Under the pieces are notes generated by a model. The model ran no database searches. It had not been told where the DNA came from and saw only the letters and a program-made list of their open reading frames with translations. The position numbers and the translations under genes were made by a program. Shown here piece by piece: positions 47,304 through 57,368 of a DNA stretch of 64,000 nt. Where the stretch lies: positions 75,136 through 139,135 of the forward strand of contig JBGVMR010000045.1 in assembly GCA_045124875.1 (NCBI GenBank), read 5' to 3'. Position 1 is the first letter of the stretch. Each line of letters starts with the position of its first letter. The DNA comes from Akkermansia sp. (GTDB lineage Bacteria > Verrucomicrobiota > Verrucomicrobiia > Verrucomicrobiales > Akkermansiaceae).

Positions 47304-48356
47304 TTAGAGAGGTTGTTGTTGGGTGATGCAGTGAATGGCACCGCCTTCTATGACTAGACGCCGTGCATCAAAGCCGATAACTTGCTTGCCGGGGAAACAC
47401 TCGCGAAGAATCCCCAGTGCTCTGTCGTCCGCTTTCGGTTGATTGAAAATCGGTACGATAACGCCCTCATTGCAGATGAGGAAATTAGCATAGCTGGCCG
47501 GCAATTGTTCCAGACGCCAGTCTTTAGCTACCAGCGGCTCGGGCATGGGCAGGGGGATAATTTCCACCTTGTGTCCACTCGGTGTGCGCAGGTCTTGCAA
47601 CCGTTCGTTATTTTCCGCCAAGTTACGGTAGTGCGGGGATTTTGCATCTGTTTCTACGATGGAAACGGCGGCTTCTGCATTCACAAAACGCACCATGTCA
47701 TCAATGTGTCCGTCCGTATCATCACCCTCAATGCCGAAACCGAGCCAGAACACTTGCTTGGTGCCCATGAGGCGGTGCAGTTCTTCCTCCACCTCCGCTT
47801 TGCTGATACCGGGGTTACGGTTGGGGTTGAGCAGCACGGCTTCTGTGGTGATAATGAGTCCTTCGCCGTTGCCTTCTATGGCGCCGCCTTCAAGAATCAG
47901 ATTGCTGCTTAAGCGGGGTAACTGCAAAGAGTTTGCCATGTGGGTGGGGATTTCGTTATCGAGATTCCACGGGGCAAACTTGCCACCCCAGGCGTTGAAG
48001 GTCCAATCTGCCACTTGCATGCCACCATCGTTACGGCGCACAAAGATACCGCCATGGTCGCGGCACCATACATCGTTGGTGGGGTGATTGTAGAGGGCAT
48101 AGTTGCTGACATTGCGTGCCTGCAAAAGTTTTTCAATACTTGCTTGCAAGGGCTGGGCTGCATTAATTCTTACTTGGGCGTAGCGGGCTATAACTGCGGC
48201 CAAATCTGCATAGATTCCATGCAACTCTGCAAGGCCACCTTGCCAAAGGTCATCGCGGTGGGGCCAAGAAATCCAAACAGCTTCTTGTTTCTCCCACTCT
48301 GCCGGCCATGAAAGCTCCGCACCTTGCTTGATATCAGAAATCGTCATCGTTTTCAT
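47304..48356 (-). CDS. Agmatine deiminase (peptidyl-arginine deiminase) family protein
   Basis: PAEWE, WCRDHG, EGGAIE, DTDGHID, SYANF and GGAIHCITQQ motifs. Internal ATG preferred. Confidence 0.92.
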   Translation of the reverse strand: MKTMTISDIKQGAELSWPAEWEKQEAVWISWPHRDDLWQGGLAELHGIYADLAAVIARYAQVRINAAQPLQASIEKLLQARNVSNYALYNHPTNDVWCRDHGGIFVRRNDGGMQVADWTFNAWGGKFAPWNLDNEIPTHMANSLQLPRLSSNLILEGGAIEGNGEGLIITTEAVLLNPNRNPGISKAEVEEELHRLMGTKQVFWLGFGIEGDDTDGHIDDMVRFVNAEAAVSIVETDAKSPHYRNLAENNERLQDLRTPSGHKVEIIPLPMPEPLVAKDWRLEQLPASYANFLICNEGVIVPIFNQPKADDRALGILRECFPGKQVIGFDARRLVIEGGAIHCITQQQPL

Positions 48357-48747
48357 TATACTCTTCGTCGTCCAAATCTCCATTATAAGGGGCATTCAAA
48401 ACGGCCTCCAAGGGGGGCAGGGTATCAAATTCCTCTTGTCTGTCCCCTTTTTGTTTGCCGAATACACCAACTTCTATCAGGTGGTACACAACAGCACCGA
48501 AATCTTTATTGGTGTGAAGCCCCCAAAAGCTCAGTACTTTTGCGGCTAATGGACCGTATTCATTCAGTGCATAACTACAAGCCCCGGCATACAGCTGCTC
48601 TGCTGTAAGATGCGTGGCTTTGTCTTCTTTGCAGTAGTGCTCAGATGCATGCTCCAGCCCGGCACGTACGAATTCGTACGCCTCCGGAGAATATTGTTGG
48701 TAGCGTAGGCAGAGCTCTCTGACGGCTTCTTCGAAACTATTGCGCAT
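48334..48747 (-). CDS. Minf_1886-family conserved protein
   Basis: YSPEAYEFV, YGPLAAKVLSFWG and DFGAVVYHLIEVGVFGK pattern. Confidence 0.75.
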   Translation of the reverse strand: MRNSFEEAVRELCLRYQQYSPEAYEFVRAGLEHASEHYCKEDKATHLTAEQLYAGACSYALNEYGPLAAKVLSFWGLHTNKDFGAVVYHLIEVGVFGKQKGDRQEEFDTLPPLEAVLNAPYNGDLDDEEYNENDDDF

Positions 48748-48813
48748 GTGCCATTATTCTATCATATCCCGCTTTGTTTTCAATTAAAATAATTGACATT
48801 AAAAGCTGTTGTG

Positions 48814-49842
48814 TTATGCGGGCGGAAAAAAGCGGGTTAATGCGCTTTTGAATAGTTCTTCTTCTTTTTGCAGGGATTGTAAAATATCATTGCCGAGCTT
48901 GAGTGTATGCAAGGCGAAGCTGCCTATTCTGTGTTGTTTTTTTAAATCCGGCAGCGGTATGCTGATATTCGTAAGCATGTCTCGGCGTATGTACTTGATG
49001 ATACCACCTACGGCCTGTTGTTTCAAAGTAGGTGCATAGTGTTGTAAAAAGGCGTAAAGATAAGGTACTACTGCGGTGTTCTTATGGCGAGATTCAATGA
49101 TGTAGACTCTTTGGTAGGCGTCAAACTTGCCGTGAAAATACTCTATTTGAAAATCAATGTTACCGGTTAATAAAACGCATTCGCAGTCATATGTGTAGTT
49201 TGAGATACGCCGTGGTGTTTTGGCACAGCTGAAAAAGGGGTATTCGCCGGTCGGTGTTGCATCGCCGGCATTTCTTTTGCCGCAATGTATTTCTGCGACT
49301 AGGTGAAGGGGGCGTTTTGGGCAATGTTCTGCAGCCATCAGCGTGGGGAAAACCCGGTGGAAGAATGAGGCTTGAAGTTGTTTTACTGCTTCGAGTTGCT
49401 GTTGCCTCAGTAGCATGGTCTGTTCAATTTTATGCAAGGTGTCGGCAATATATTGTTGCCTTTCTTTCGGGTAGATGGGAACTTGTATGTTGCCCAAGTT
49501 TTTCTGGGTGATTTGCGGTTGCGCGGCACCGGATATACAGGCGCTTAAATCTGCGCTTTTCAGGCAGTAATACAGGTATTGCTGCGATACGGTATCTGCT
49601 ATGTTTTCTAAGCAAATGGCATTGGCTGATATATAGGAGAACGGTTGTGTGATGACAGCATTGCCGCAGGAATCTCCGCGGCAGGTAATGGCGATGGCCG
49701 GTTGTTGGTGGTTGTATTTGTCGCTGAATCCTATGATGCCGTTTGCCCCGTATACAGGGTAACCCGTGGGGGTAAAGTTGCGCTTTGGCAGCGGGGCCCA
49801 CTGTTGAAGCGTGCAAATATCACGTAGCCGGACTTGTTGCAT
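48814..49842 (-). CDS. hsdS: Type I restriction-modification specificity subunit (orphan)
   Basis: Two TRD-like halves (YPVYGANG..., GEYPFFSC...), SGAAQPQI, VPIYPKERQ and IPLPDLKKQ. Confidence 0.85.
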   Translation of the reverse strand: MQQVRLRDICTLQQWAPLPKRNFTPTGYPVYGANGIIGFSDKYNHQQPAIAITCRGDSCGNAVITQPFSYISANAICLENIADTVSQQYLYYCLKSADLSACISGAAQPQITQKNLGNIQVPIYPKERQQYIADTLHKIEQTMLLRQQQLEAVKQLQASFFHRVFPTLMAAEHCPKRPLHLVAEIHCGKRNAGDATPTGEYPFFSCAKTPRRISNYTYDCECVLLTGNIDFQIEYFHGKFDAYQRVYIIESRHKNTAVVPYLYAFLQHYAPTLKQQAVGGIIKYIRRDMLTNISIPLPDLKKQHRIGSFALHTLKLGNDILQSLQKEEELFKSALTRFFPPA

Positions 49843-49849
49843 GTTCTCT

Positions 49850-51502
49850 TCAATGTTGCAACAATTCTCTGGCGTGGGCTGCGGCGGTAGCGCCACCGGT
49901 GCCGAGCATGCGCATGAGCTCGCTTACGCGTGCTTCTCCGTCCACCTCGTTGAGCCGCGAAACGGTGCGCCCGTCTGATAAGACTTTGGAGATGAGGTAG
50001 TGGTGGTTTGCCAATGCTGCTACTTGCGGGAAGTGAGTGATGGCAATTACTTGGTGATTTTGACCCAGTTCTCTCATTTTAAGCCCCACGGCACGAGCTA
50101 TTTCACCACCCACGTTGGCGTCAATTTCATCGAATACCAGCAGCGGCGTGTCGTCTTGGCCTGCCAAGGCGCTTTTGAGGGCCAGCATGACACGCGCCAA
50201 CTCGCCGCTGGAGGCTATCAAACGCAGTGCCTTTAACGGTTCTCCGGGGTTTGGTCCGAACAGGAAATCCGTTTCTTCTGCTCCATGCGGTCCCGGTTCT
50301 TCAGATTCGGTTAACGATACCTCGAACAGCGCTTGGCGGAACCCCAGTTGACGAGCGTGTTCCAAGAATGCTTGTTGAAGCTTTGGGGCTGCTTTTCTGC
50401 GGGTAGCAGATAGCGCAGCAGCAGCTACTTTAAGGGCCGCTTTGCAATTGCGTTCAATCTCTGCCAGTTCGGCGAGTTTTTCCTCGCGGTTATCAATGGC
50501 CTCAAGCTTGTCTTTGCATTGTTGCAGGTGCTCTTGTATGGCTGCAAAATCTGCACCGTACTTGCGTTTCAGACTATCCAACAGGCCAATGCGCTCTTCT
50601 AGTCTTGCTTGTTCCTGCGGGTCGCAGCTCAGGTTGCTTACATAATCTTCTACGTTGGCGGATAAATCGCAGAGCTCGTCAATCAATCCTTCCACCGGGG
50701 CAAGCCATTTAGCCGTATCGGCATCCAAGCGCTCCAAATCTCGCCCCAAGCGCACAAGCTGGCGCATGCGGTTGAGTACAGAGTCATCCCCACCATCGAG
50801 TATATGCGCCATGGGTAGTGCCGTGTCCCTCAGGCGCGATGCATTGCGCGCGCGCTGCCAGCCTGCTTCTAAGCCTGCTGCTTCGTCCTCTGTAAACCCT
50901 GCGTTTTCAATTTCTTGTACTTGGTGGCGCAAAAAGTCCAGCTCTCTCTCGTTTGCCATTTCGCTTTCTTGCAATTCTCGGTAGGCAGCGCGGGCATCAA
51001 GCCATGCGCGGTAGGCCTCATTGTAGGCCGAGAGCAGGGCGGTGTTTTCTGCATAGGCGTCCAGCAAATCCAACTGGCGTTCTTGAGAGGTGAGAGATCT
51101 GTGGGCCTCCGGGTGGTGCATGTCGACCAAGCCGCCTGCTACTTTGCGCAGAAGTTGCAGGGTAACGGGGCTGTTGTTGATAAATTGCTTGTTACCCGTT
51201 GCGGTGATGCTGCGGCGTATCAGCAGCTCACCCTCTTCGCACGGTGGCACACCTGCTTCTTCCAACAGCGGGTCTATGTGTGCAGTGCTCTGTAATTGAA
51301 AGGCTGCTTCTAAAGTACACTGGGTTTCACCGCTGCGTATGCGCCCCTTATCTGCTCGTTCTCCCATTAGCAGAGAAATACCGCCCATGATGACGGATTT
51401 ACCTGCGCCGGTCTCACCGGTGATGGACAGAAAGCCTGCCTCGGGTTCCCATACGAGTTCATCTACCAGTGCCAGGTTGCGTATCTTGAGCAGTGTGAGC
51501 AT
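49850..51502 (-). CDS. recN: DNA repair protein RecN
   Basis: TGETGAGKS, ASSGELARVMLA and FDEIDANVGG motifs. Confidence 0.96.
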   Translation of the reverse strand: MLTLLKIRNLALVDELVWEPEAGFLSITGETGAGKSVIMGGISLLMGERADKGRIRSGETQCTLEAAFQLQSTAHIDPLLEEAGVPPCEEGELLIRRSITATGNKQFINNSPVTLQLLRKVAGGLVDMHHPEAHRSLTSQERQLDLLDAYAENTALLSAYNEAYRAWLDARAAYRELQESEMANERELDFLRHQVQEIENAGFTEDEAAGLEAGWQRARNASRLRDTALPMAHILDGGDDSVLNRMRQLVRLGRDLERLDADTAKWLAPVEGLIDELCDLSANVEDYVSNLSCDPQEQARLEERIGLLDSLKRKYGADFAAIQEHLQQCKDKLEAIDNREEKLAELAEIERNCKAALKVAAAALSATRRKAAPKLQQAFLEHARQLGFRQALFEVSLTESEEPGPHGAEETDFLFGPNPGEPLKALRLIASSGELARVMLALKSALAGQDDTPLLVFDEIDANVGGEIARAVGLKMRELGQNHQVIAITHFPQVAALANHHYLISKVLSDGRTVSRLNEVDGEARVSELMRMLGTGGATAAAHARELLQH

Positions 51503-51565
51503 ATTTTGCTTTTAGTTCTGCGGTTATTATGGCATAATATCGCCCGTAATTCAAACGGAAAACAG

Positions 51566-52342
51566 ATGATGAAAGTACTTTTTCTCGGCAGCGGTACCTC
51601 TACGGGGGTTCCGGTCATTGGTTGTCAATGTGATGTGTGTCTCTCCGATAATCCTAAGAATAAGCGCTTGCGTTCATCGCTCCTCGTTCAATCTGATACA
51701 ACTACAATTCTCGTAGATTCTTGCCCCGACCTGCGCCAACAGGCCCTGCGCCATAATCTGACTGCGATAGATGCCGTTATCTACACTCACGAGCATTTGG
51801 ACCACACGTCAGGTTTTGATGACATGCGCGCTTTTTGCTGGCGGCGTGAAGATAAATTGCCTCTTTATGCCGGGGCGGGGTGTTTAGCTCAATTGAAGAG
51901 TATGTTTGCTTGGGCGTTTTCCCCTCAGAATACTTATAAAGGCTATATACGGCCCGATGCTCATAACCATGACGGAAAGTCCTTTACTGTGGGGGATATC
52001 GCGGTAACGCCCGTTCCGGTGCTGCATGGCTCGGTAGAGACATACGGGTATGTTTTCCGCTGTGGGGGGAAATCCTTTGGGTATGTGCCGGATATTAAGG
52101 AGCTGCCCGCAGCGTCTGCTCCTTTGTTGCAGGGGCTGGATGCTCTGGCAATGGATGCGCTCACCACGCGCGAACACCATACCCACCTCACCGTGGCTCA
52201 GTGTGTAGCTCTCATGCAGCAACTTGCCCCTACGCGTGGCTACCTCACCCATTGCGGGCATGCCGTTGATTACGACACCGCTTGCGCAGAAACGCCGGAT
52301 TTTATCACCCCGGCGTACGATGGCTTATTGCTTGAGCTTTAA
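51566..52342 (+). CDS. MBL-fold hydrolase (PhnP-like)
   Basis: LGSGTSTGVP...C.CDVC, THEHLDH and YLTHCGH motifs. Confidence 0.9.
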   Translation: MMKVLFLGSGTSTGVPVIGCQCDVCLSDNPKNKRLRSSLLVQSDTTTILVDSCPDLRQQALRHNLTAIDAVIYTHEHLDHTSGFDDMRAFCWRREDKLPLYAGAGCLAQLKSMFAWAFSPQNTYKGYIRPDAHNHDGKSFTVGDIAVTPVPVLHGSVETYGYVFRCGGKSFGYVPDIKELPAASAPLLQGLDALAMDALTTREHHTHLTVAQCVALMQQLAPTRGYLTHCGHAVDYDTACAETPDFITPAYDGLLLEL

Positions 52343-52416
52343 TCTAAGTCGTAAAATAAGACAAAAACGCCTCCCGAATCATGTCCGAGAGGCGGTTGAC
52401 GTATGTATAAAACAGA

Positions 52417-53463
52417 TTATCCCTTTACTGCACACTGCTCTTTAATAGCCTTGGCGCAGTCGTGTATCAGGTTGGGCCCTTTGTAGATAAAACCACTGTA
52501 TAATTGCACGAGGGATGCCCCCAGCTGAATCTTCTTGACGGCATCTTCTGCGGTTGTAATGCCACCTACGCCGATGATGGGGATGGCCCCCTTAAGCTCT
52601 TTAGCAAAGGCCTCAAGGGTTTCATTAGCGCGGTTGTAGAGCGGCTTGCCCGACATACCACCACTTTGTGCTGCTGCCGGGTGATCTTCTACACCTATGC
52701 GAGTTGTGGTGGTATTAGAGCAGATGAGCCCATCTAACTGGCTGTCCAAGAATACTTGAGAAAGTTCCTTAATTTGAGATTCCTCCATATCGGGAGATAC
52801 CTTCATGACAATAGGCACATAGCGCCCTGTGTCATTGCTCAAGTTTGTTTGCTCACTCTTGAGCAGTGCCAACAATTCTGCTGCGGGCGCAGCCTTTGCT
52901 AAGTTGCAGAGGTTCGGCACATTGGGGCACGAGAAGTTAATGGCAATGTAATCTGCTACCGGCCATGCCTCTCGCATGCATGCCAAATAATCTTTGCTGG
53001 CCTCATCATTGGGCGTTACCTTGTTTTTGCTGATGTTAACCCCCAGAATGCCGTTGAATCTCTTGGTTTCGCGAATGTTTTCTACACCTTTATCAATACC
53101 GGGGTTGTTGATGCCCATATGGTTGATAATGGCTTGCTGAGGAATGCAGCGGAAACAACGAGGCTTGGGGTTGCCGGGTTGCGGGCGTGGCGTGAGAGTG
53201 CCTACCTCCACAAAGCCGAAGCCCAATTTGCCGAACGCCGCTATCGTGTTTGCTTGTTTGTCCATGCCGGCGGCAAGCCCCACACGGTTCGGGAACTTGA
53301 GCCCCATTACCGTGACGGGGTCTTCAATTTTGCGAGGTGCAATTAATGAGAGTAAACGCATTTTCTCTGCCGTGCGAAGCCCGGCGAGCGTCAGCTCGTG
53401 AGCCGTTTCGGGATTGAACCGGAAGAGAATACTTTTGGCGAGATTATATAAGAACGGGGACAC
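52417..53463 (-). CDS. pyrD: Quinone-dependent dihydroorotate dehydrogenase
   Basis: GLAAGMDK, INFSCPN, KVSPD, GGMSG and GVGGI motifs. Confidence 0.95.
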   Translation of the reverse strand: MSPFLYNLAKSILFRFNPETAHELTLAGLRTAEKMRLLSLIAPRKIEDPVTVMGLKFPNRVGLAAGMDKQANTIAAFGKLGFGFVEVGTLTPRPQPGNPKPRCFRCIPQQAIINHMGINNPGIDKGVENIRETKRFNGILGVNISKNKVTPNDEASKDYLACMREAWPVADYIAINFSCPNVPNLCNLAKAAPAAELLALLKSEQTNLSNDTGRYVPIVMKVSPDMEESQIKELSQVFLDSQLDGLICSNTTTTRIGVEDHPAAAQSGGMSGKPLYNRANETLEAFAKELKGAIPIIGVGGITTAEDAVKKIQLGASLVQLYSGFIYKGPNLIHDCAKAIKEQCAVKG

Positions 53464-53519
53464 AGTTTTTATGCTTTAACAGTTGGTTGCACGTACAAAT
53501 ATTGTAGGATGCGTGGGGG

Positions 53520-54554
53520 TTATATGTTGAAGTTGACCTGGTAATTTTCTATAAACCAGCGGCCGAAAATCGGTGCTGCTTCTTCATAATCCCATACGGG
53601 AGAATAGGCTAATTCTGCTTCCATCTTGCCGGTGTCTGCATACATTTCCACATTTTCGCCTTTGCTCAGCGGGGATTCCGAACTTGTTTCTATGATGGCT
53701 GGTTTGCCCATGGCGCGTTCAATGGCTTGCACAAACGAGAGCATGGAAACCGGTTTGGAGCGCCCGAGGTTGTACAGGGTGTAGGGGGTGCCGTGTACCC
53801 CGGCCGGTGGCAGGGTAAGTGCCATCATCATGCCATCGATGATATCATCCACATAGGTGAAGTCTCGTACCAGATGCCCATTGTTTAAAATGGTAATGGG
53901 TGCGCCGTCTGCTATGGCTTTTGCTATCATCATGGGCTTGGAATCGGGGCGTCCCCATGGGCCGTATGCCGTGAAAAGTCGGAATACGGTTGTCGGCAAA
54001 CGGTAGGCGCTGGCATATGCGTGGCAAAGTAGCTCTGCAGAGCGCTTGGATGCCGCATACATGCTCATGGGGGTGTCTACATCGTCATTTTCTCTGAGCG
54101 GTGAGTTTGCGTGTGCTCCATGCACAACATAACTGGAGGAGAATATGAAATGTTTTACCCCAGTATTGCTCGCGGCATCGAGCATATTTTGCGTGCCTTT
54201 TGTGTTGGTATCAAAATATGCTGCGGGATTTTGAATGGACGGCTTTGAGCCGGCAAGAGCAGCCAAGTGAATAACGCAGTCGAATTGTTCTTGCTTGCAG
54301 AGGTTGATGAGGGCATCTCTATCTGCAATATCCATTATAATAAAGCTGAATGTGCCGGCATTGCTGTGTTGAGGCTCATTTTGAGTAAGGGCTGCAATAT
54401 CTATGCCCAAGATGGAGAGCCTGGCAAATTTGATGGCATGAGTAGTGCTGTCGCAGAGGTTGTCGATCCCCACAACCTCATGCCCATCGTTAATGAGTCT
54501 GCTGACTGTATGGAACCCGATGAATCCGGCTGCCCCGGTAACGAGAATTTTCAT
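53520..54554 (-). CDS. NAD-dependent epimerase (UDP-glucuronate 4-epimerase-like)
   Basis: VTGAAGFIG, HLAA, YAASK, YGPWGRPD and RDFTYVDD motifs. Confidence 0.88.
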   Translation of the reverse strand: MKILVTGAAGFIGFHTVSRLINDGHEVVGIDNLCDSTTHAIKFARLSILGIDIAALTQNEPQHSNAGTFSFIIMDIADRDALINLCKQEQFDCVIHLAALAGSKPSIQNPAAYFDTNTKGTQNMLDAASNTGVKHFIFSSSYVVHGAHANSPLRENDDVDTPMSMYAASKRSAELLCHAYASAYRLPTTVFRLFTAYGPWGRPDSKPMMIAKAIADGAPITILNNGHLVRDFTYVDDIIDGMMMALTLPPAGVHGTPYTLYNLGRSKPVSMLSFVQAIERAMGKPAIIETSSESPLSKGENVEMYADTGKMEAELAYSPVWDYEEAAPIFGRWFIENYQVNFNI

Positions 54555-54636
54555 ATCCTGAAATGTATCGTGTTGTTTCTCTTTATGCGCTCATTCTACC
54601 ACTTTTGAGGGTGAATGCAATCCTTTTATCTGATTT

Positions 54637-55506
54637 TTATTCGCTTTCAACAGTCTGTTTTACATAGCCGATTGCATTGCAACCGAACTCAACAACATCC
54701 CCCGGTTTCAGGTACTGAGGCGGGGTCATCCCCATGCCCACACCTCCGGGGGTGCCGGTAGAAACGATGTCGCCTGCATTGAGGGTCATAAACTGAGAAA
54801 CATAAGCCACCAGCTCAGCTACGGGCATTACCAATTCTGCCGTGCTGGCCTTTTGTCTCAATTCTCCATTTACTTTTAGCTCCAGCGTTAAGGAATCGGG
54901 GTTGGGAATTTCGTCTTTCGATACCAAGATGGGGCCGAAAGGGGCAAATGTGTCGTAGCTTTTACCTTTGGTCCATTGCCCGCCATGTTCAAGTTGGTAA
55001 GAACGCTCCGAGTAATCACACATCAGGGTGTACCCCAGTATTGCTTTGCGGGCTTCTTGGGGGGTGGCTCGGTGCAGGGTGTCGCCTAATACCACGGCTA
55101 ACTCCACCTCGTAATCCAATTTCTTGGCTCCAACCGGGTTGAGCACGTAGGAGAGGTCCGAGCTGATGGCAGATGTTGATTTGAGGAAGATGGAGGGCTC
55201 CCCAAGTTCTTCGCCACTGAATTCTTTGGCATGCTCTGCATAGCATTTGCCTAAGCATGCTATGGTGCACGGCTGCACATGCAGTGCGCTGGATACGACC
55301 AACCCCTCCATATCTACCACCACGCCATCGGGCGCACCTTTGGATATCCACGTCTCTATTTCTTTGCGCAGTTTTTTACCATCCGGTTGCAATGCCGCCC
55401 AAATTTGCTCATCTTGTCCGGTTACATCTATGTAAGCGTTACGCTTGGGTACCCACAAACCTATAACGCTTTCGCCGTCCTCGTCTACGTAGTATTGCAG
55501 TCTCAT
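54637..55506 (-). CDS. Fumarylacetoacetate hydrolase family protein
   Basis: LDYEVELAVV, WTKGKSYDTF and TGTPGGVG motifs. Confidence 0.92.
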   Translation of the reverse strand: MRLQYYVDEDGESVIGLWVPKRNAYIDVTGQDEQIWAALQPDGKKLRKEIETWISKGAPDGVVVDMEGLVVSSALHVQPCTIACLGKCYAEHAKEFSGEELGEPSIFLKSTSAISSDLSYVLNPVGAKKLDYEVELAVVLGDTLHRATPQEARKAILGYTLMCDYSERSYQLEHGGQWTKGKSYDTFAPFGPILVSKDEIPNPDSLTLELKVNGELRQKASTAELVMPVAELVAYVSQFMTLNAGDIVSTGTPGGVGMGMTPPQYLKPGDVVEFGCNAIGYVKQTVESE

Positions 55507-55531
55507 AATTTGCGTGTGGTGTGTTTTCGGA

Positions 55532-56128
55532 TTAATCCCAGTCGTCGATATTATCAGGAATATCCAAGATATGCTGAGGTGTCTCTTGAGGTTGATTGTT
55601 CTTCTTTTTCGGTTTCTCTTCCACCTCTTCTACAACCGGTTCTTCCTCTTCAAACGTAGGTGTTTCCACGGGGGAATCCGTGGGCATCACAGATTCCGGG
55701 GCGTTCGGGATAACGGTGGGTACTTCCGGCTCTGTGGTTTCCTCTGTCTCCGGTTTTTCCTCGGGCTGTGCTATATTGCGGTACAAAAAGACGCGATCGC
55801 CCTTCATCAGATTGCCCGAGCGTACTTCCGCTGCAATGATGCGATTGCGGGTAGGTTGGTCAGAGGTAACCATCAGGTTACCGATGCGTGTGTTCGACCC
55901 GTCTGCCGGGTGGGTAATAAGAACCGTACCCGGCCCGGGAAGCGGCCCGATAATGCGCAGCAGCACAAAGCCCTGTTCGGGGTACACCTGGTGTACCGTG
56001 CCTAAATAAAGCGGCGGTACTACATTTTCTTCTTGCTCGGTAGAGTCAGTGTTATGCTTTTGTTGTTGCCATTGGCAAGCGGTGAGCATAACCGATACAA
56101 GAACAGTGGCTGTTGCAATTCTCTTCAT
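55532..56128 (-). CDS. Hypothetical lipoprotein with acidic Pro-rich tail
   Basis: Lipobox LTAC; beta-rich core; low-complexity E/P/T tail. Confidence 0.7.
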   Translation of the reverse strand: MKRIATATVLVSVMLTACQWQQQKHNTDSTEQEENVVPPLYLGTVHQVYPEQGFVLLRIIGPLPGPGTVLITHPADGSNTRIGNLMVTSDQPTRNRIIAAEVRSGNLMKGDRVFLYRNIAQPEEKPETEETTEPEVPTVIPNAPESVMPTDSPVETPTFEEEEPVVEEVEEKPKKKNNQPQETPQHILDIPDNIDDWD

Positions 56129-56232
56129 TTCGTCAACAGCCTACACCATAATTGGGGGTAAAGTCAAGCTTCTTCTCATTGCTCGGGATTTGCTGCTTGA
56201 TTTTTCGCGTGCATTGAGGTATAACTCACCGC

Positions 56233-56535
56233 ATGGAAAACGAAGCCGCTATCTCATACGAAATTGACCGCGATGCGCTCACTGCTGCCATTGTAGAGCT
56301 TAACTCCATGTCACCGGCAGATGGTGTCATCATGACTCGTAAAGGCGAGGTGCGCACCGGCTATGTTACAGAAGAGGATTTTCTGTGTATGTTGATACCT
56401 GCCGGGGTGTTGGCACGCCGACTTACAGCGGATGGTTTATCGTCTTACACCGGCAAGGAGCTGAAAAAGTGGGCAGGTGAGTATGAGCTTGAACCCTTGC
56501 AACAGAAAGTAACTGAAGCCTTAGCAAAGGGATGA
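56233..56535 (+). CDS. Hypothetical protein
   Basis: 100-aa ORF whose stop overlaps the next start (ATGA). Confidence 0.65.
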   Translation: MENEAAISYEIDRDALTAAIVELNSMSPADGVIMTRKGEVRTGYVTEEDFLCMLIPAGVLARRLTADGLSSYTGKELKKWAGEYELEPLQQKVTEALAKG

Positions 56536-57284
56536 AACTGTGTCTTGTCGTATTGATGATGAGCTTGTTGCTGCTGTTGCATGCCGGCGCAAACTCGGAG
56601 TCTGCGTTACCTGTCGGCCCGGGCAAACAGGTTGCGGTGTTTGTGGCGCTTTGCGATAATGAACACCAAGGAATAGCTCCTGTGCCCGCAAAAATAGGTA
56701 AAGGGGATGACCCCGCCAACAATTTGTATTGGGGGTGTAGCGATGCTTTGCCCAAGGTGATGCGTGCTTCCAAGGATTGGGGCCGCCCTGTGTATTATAG
56801 TGATTACCAACAAAAAAAGACTGCTGTAATTGATACGGTTGTGTGTACCCGTGCAGATAAAGCTGCAACGGTATATGCCTTTGCGTATCGTGGTGATTGC
56901 ATTGTTGATTGCATGCAAGATTTTGAAGCTGCACTTGCCTCCGGCTCCTATGATTTGGTGGCATACATCGGCCACAATGGTTTAATGGATGTGGATTTGC
57001 CGGAGCCGTCACCCACTCTGGGTAATGCAGATGCCGTGGTGTTATGCTGCATGAGTGATGAGTGGTTTGCCGACAGAGTGCGTACGCTCGGATGTTGCCC
57101 GGTTCTCATGACTCGCCAATTCATGTATCCGGCCGGAAAGGTGCTGACGGAGGTGTTGGCGGCTTGGCTTAAATCTCCTCGTGATAATGTTGCTATTCGC
57201 TCTGCGGCGGCTAAGGCATACGCCACTAATCAGGGGATAAGTGTTAAGGCCGCAGCCGGTGTGTTTGTAGCCCCTTGCCGATAA
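56532..57284 (+). CDS. Hypothetical secreted protein
   Basis: Signal peptide; VALCDN, NNLYWG, AYIGHNG and VLCCMS motifs. Confidence 0.7.
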   Translation: MKLCLVVLMMSLLLLLHAGANSESALPVGPGKQVAVFVALCDNEHQGIAPVPAKIGKGDDPANNLYWGCSDALPKVMRASKDWGRPVYYSDYQQKKTAVIDTVVCTRADKAATVYAFAYRGDCIVDCMQDFEAALASGSYDLVAYIGHNGLMDVDLPEPSPTLGNADAVVLCCMSDEWFADRVRTLGCCPVLMTRQFMYPAGKVLTEVLAAWLKSPRDNVAIRSAAAKAYATNQGISVKAAAGVFVAPCR

Positions 57285-57307
57285 AACCTTTGCTTTTGAT
57301 TGATTGC

Positions 57308-57346
57308 GAAAAAATCCCCATCGGTTTCATCAACCGATGGGGAAAA
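57308..57346. terminator. Bidirectional terminator
   Basis: aaaaaatccccatcgg...ccgatggggaaaat. Confidence 0.75.
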
Positions 57347-57368
57347 TGTTCATGTGGCAATAGCCTTC

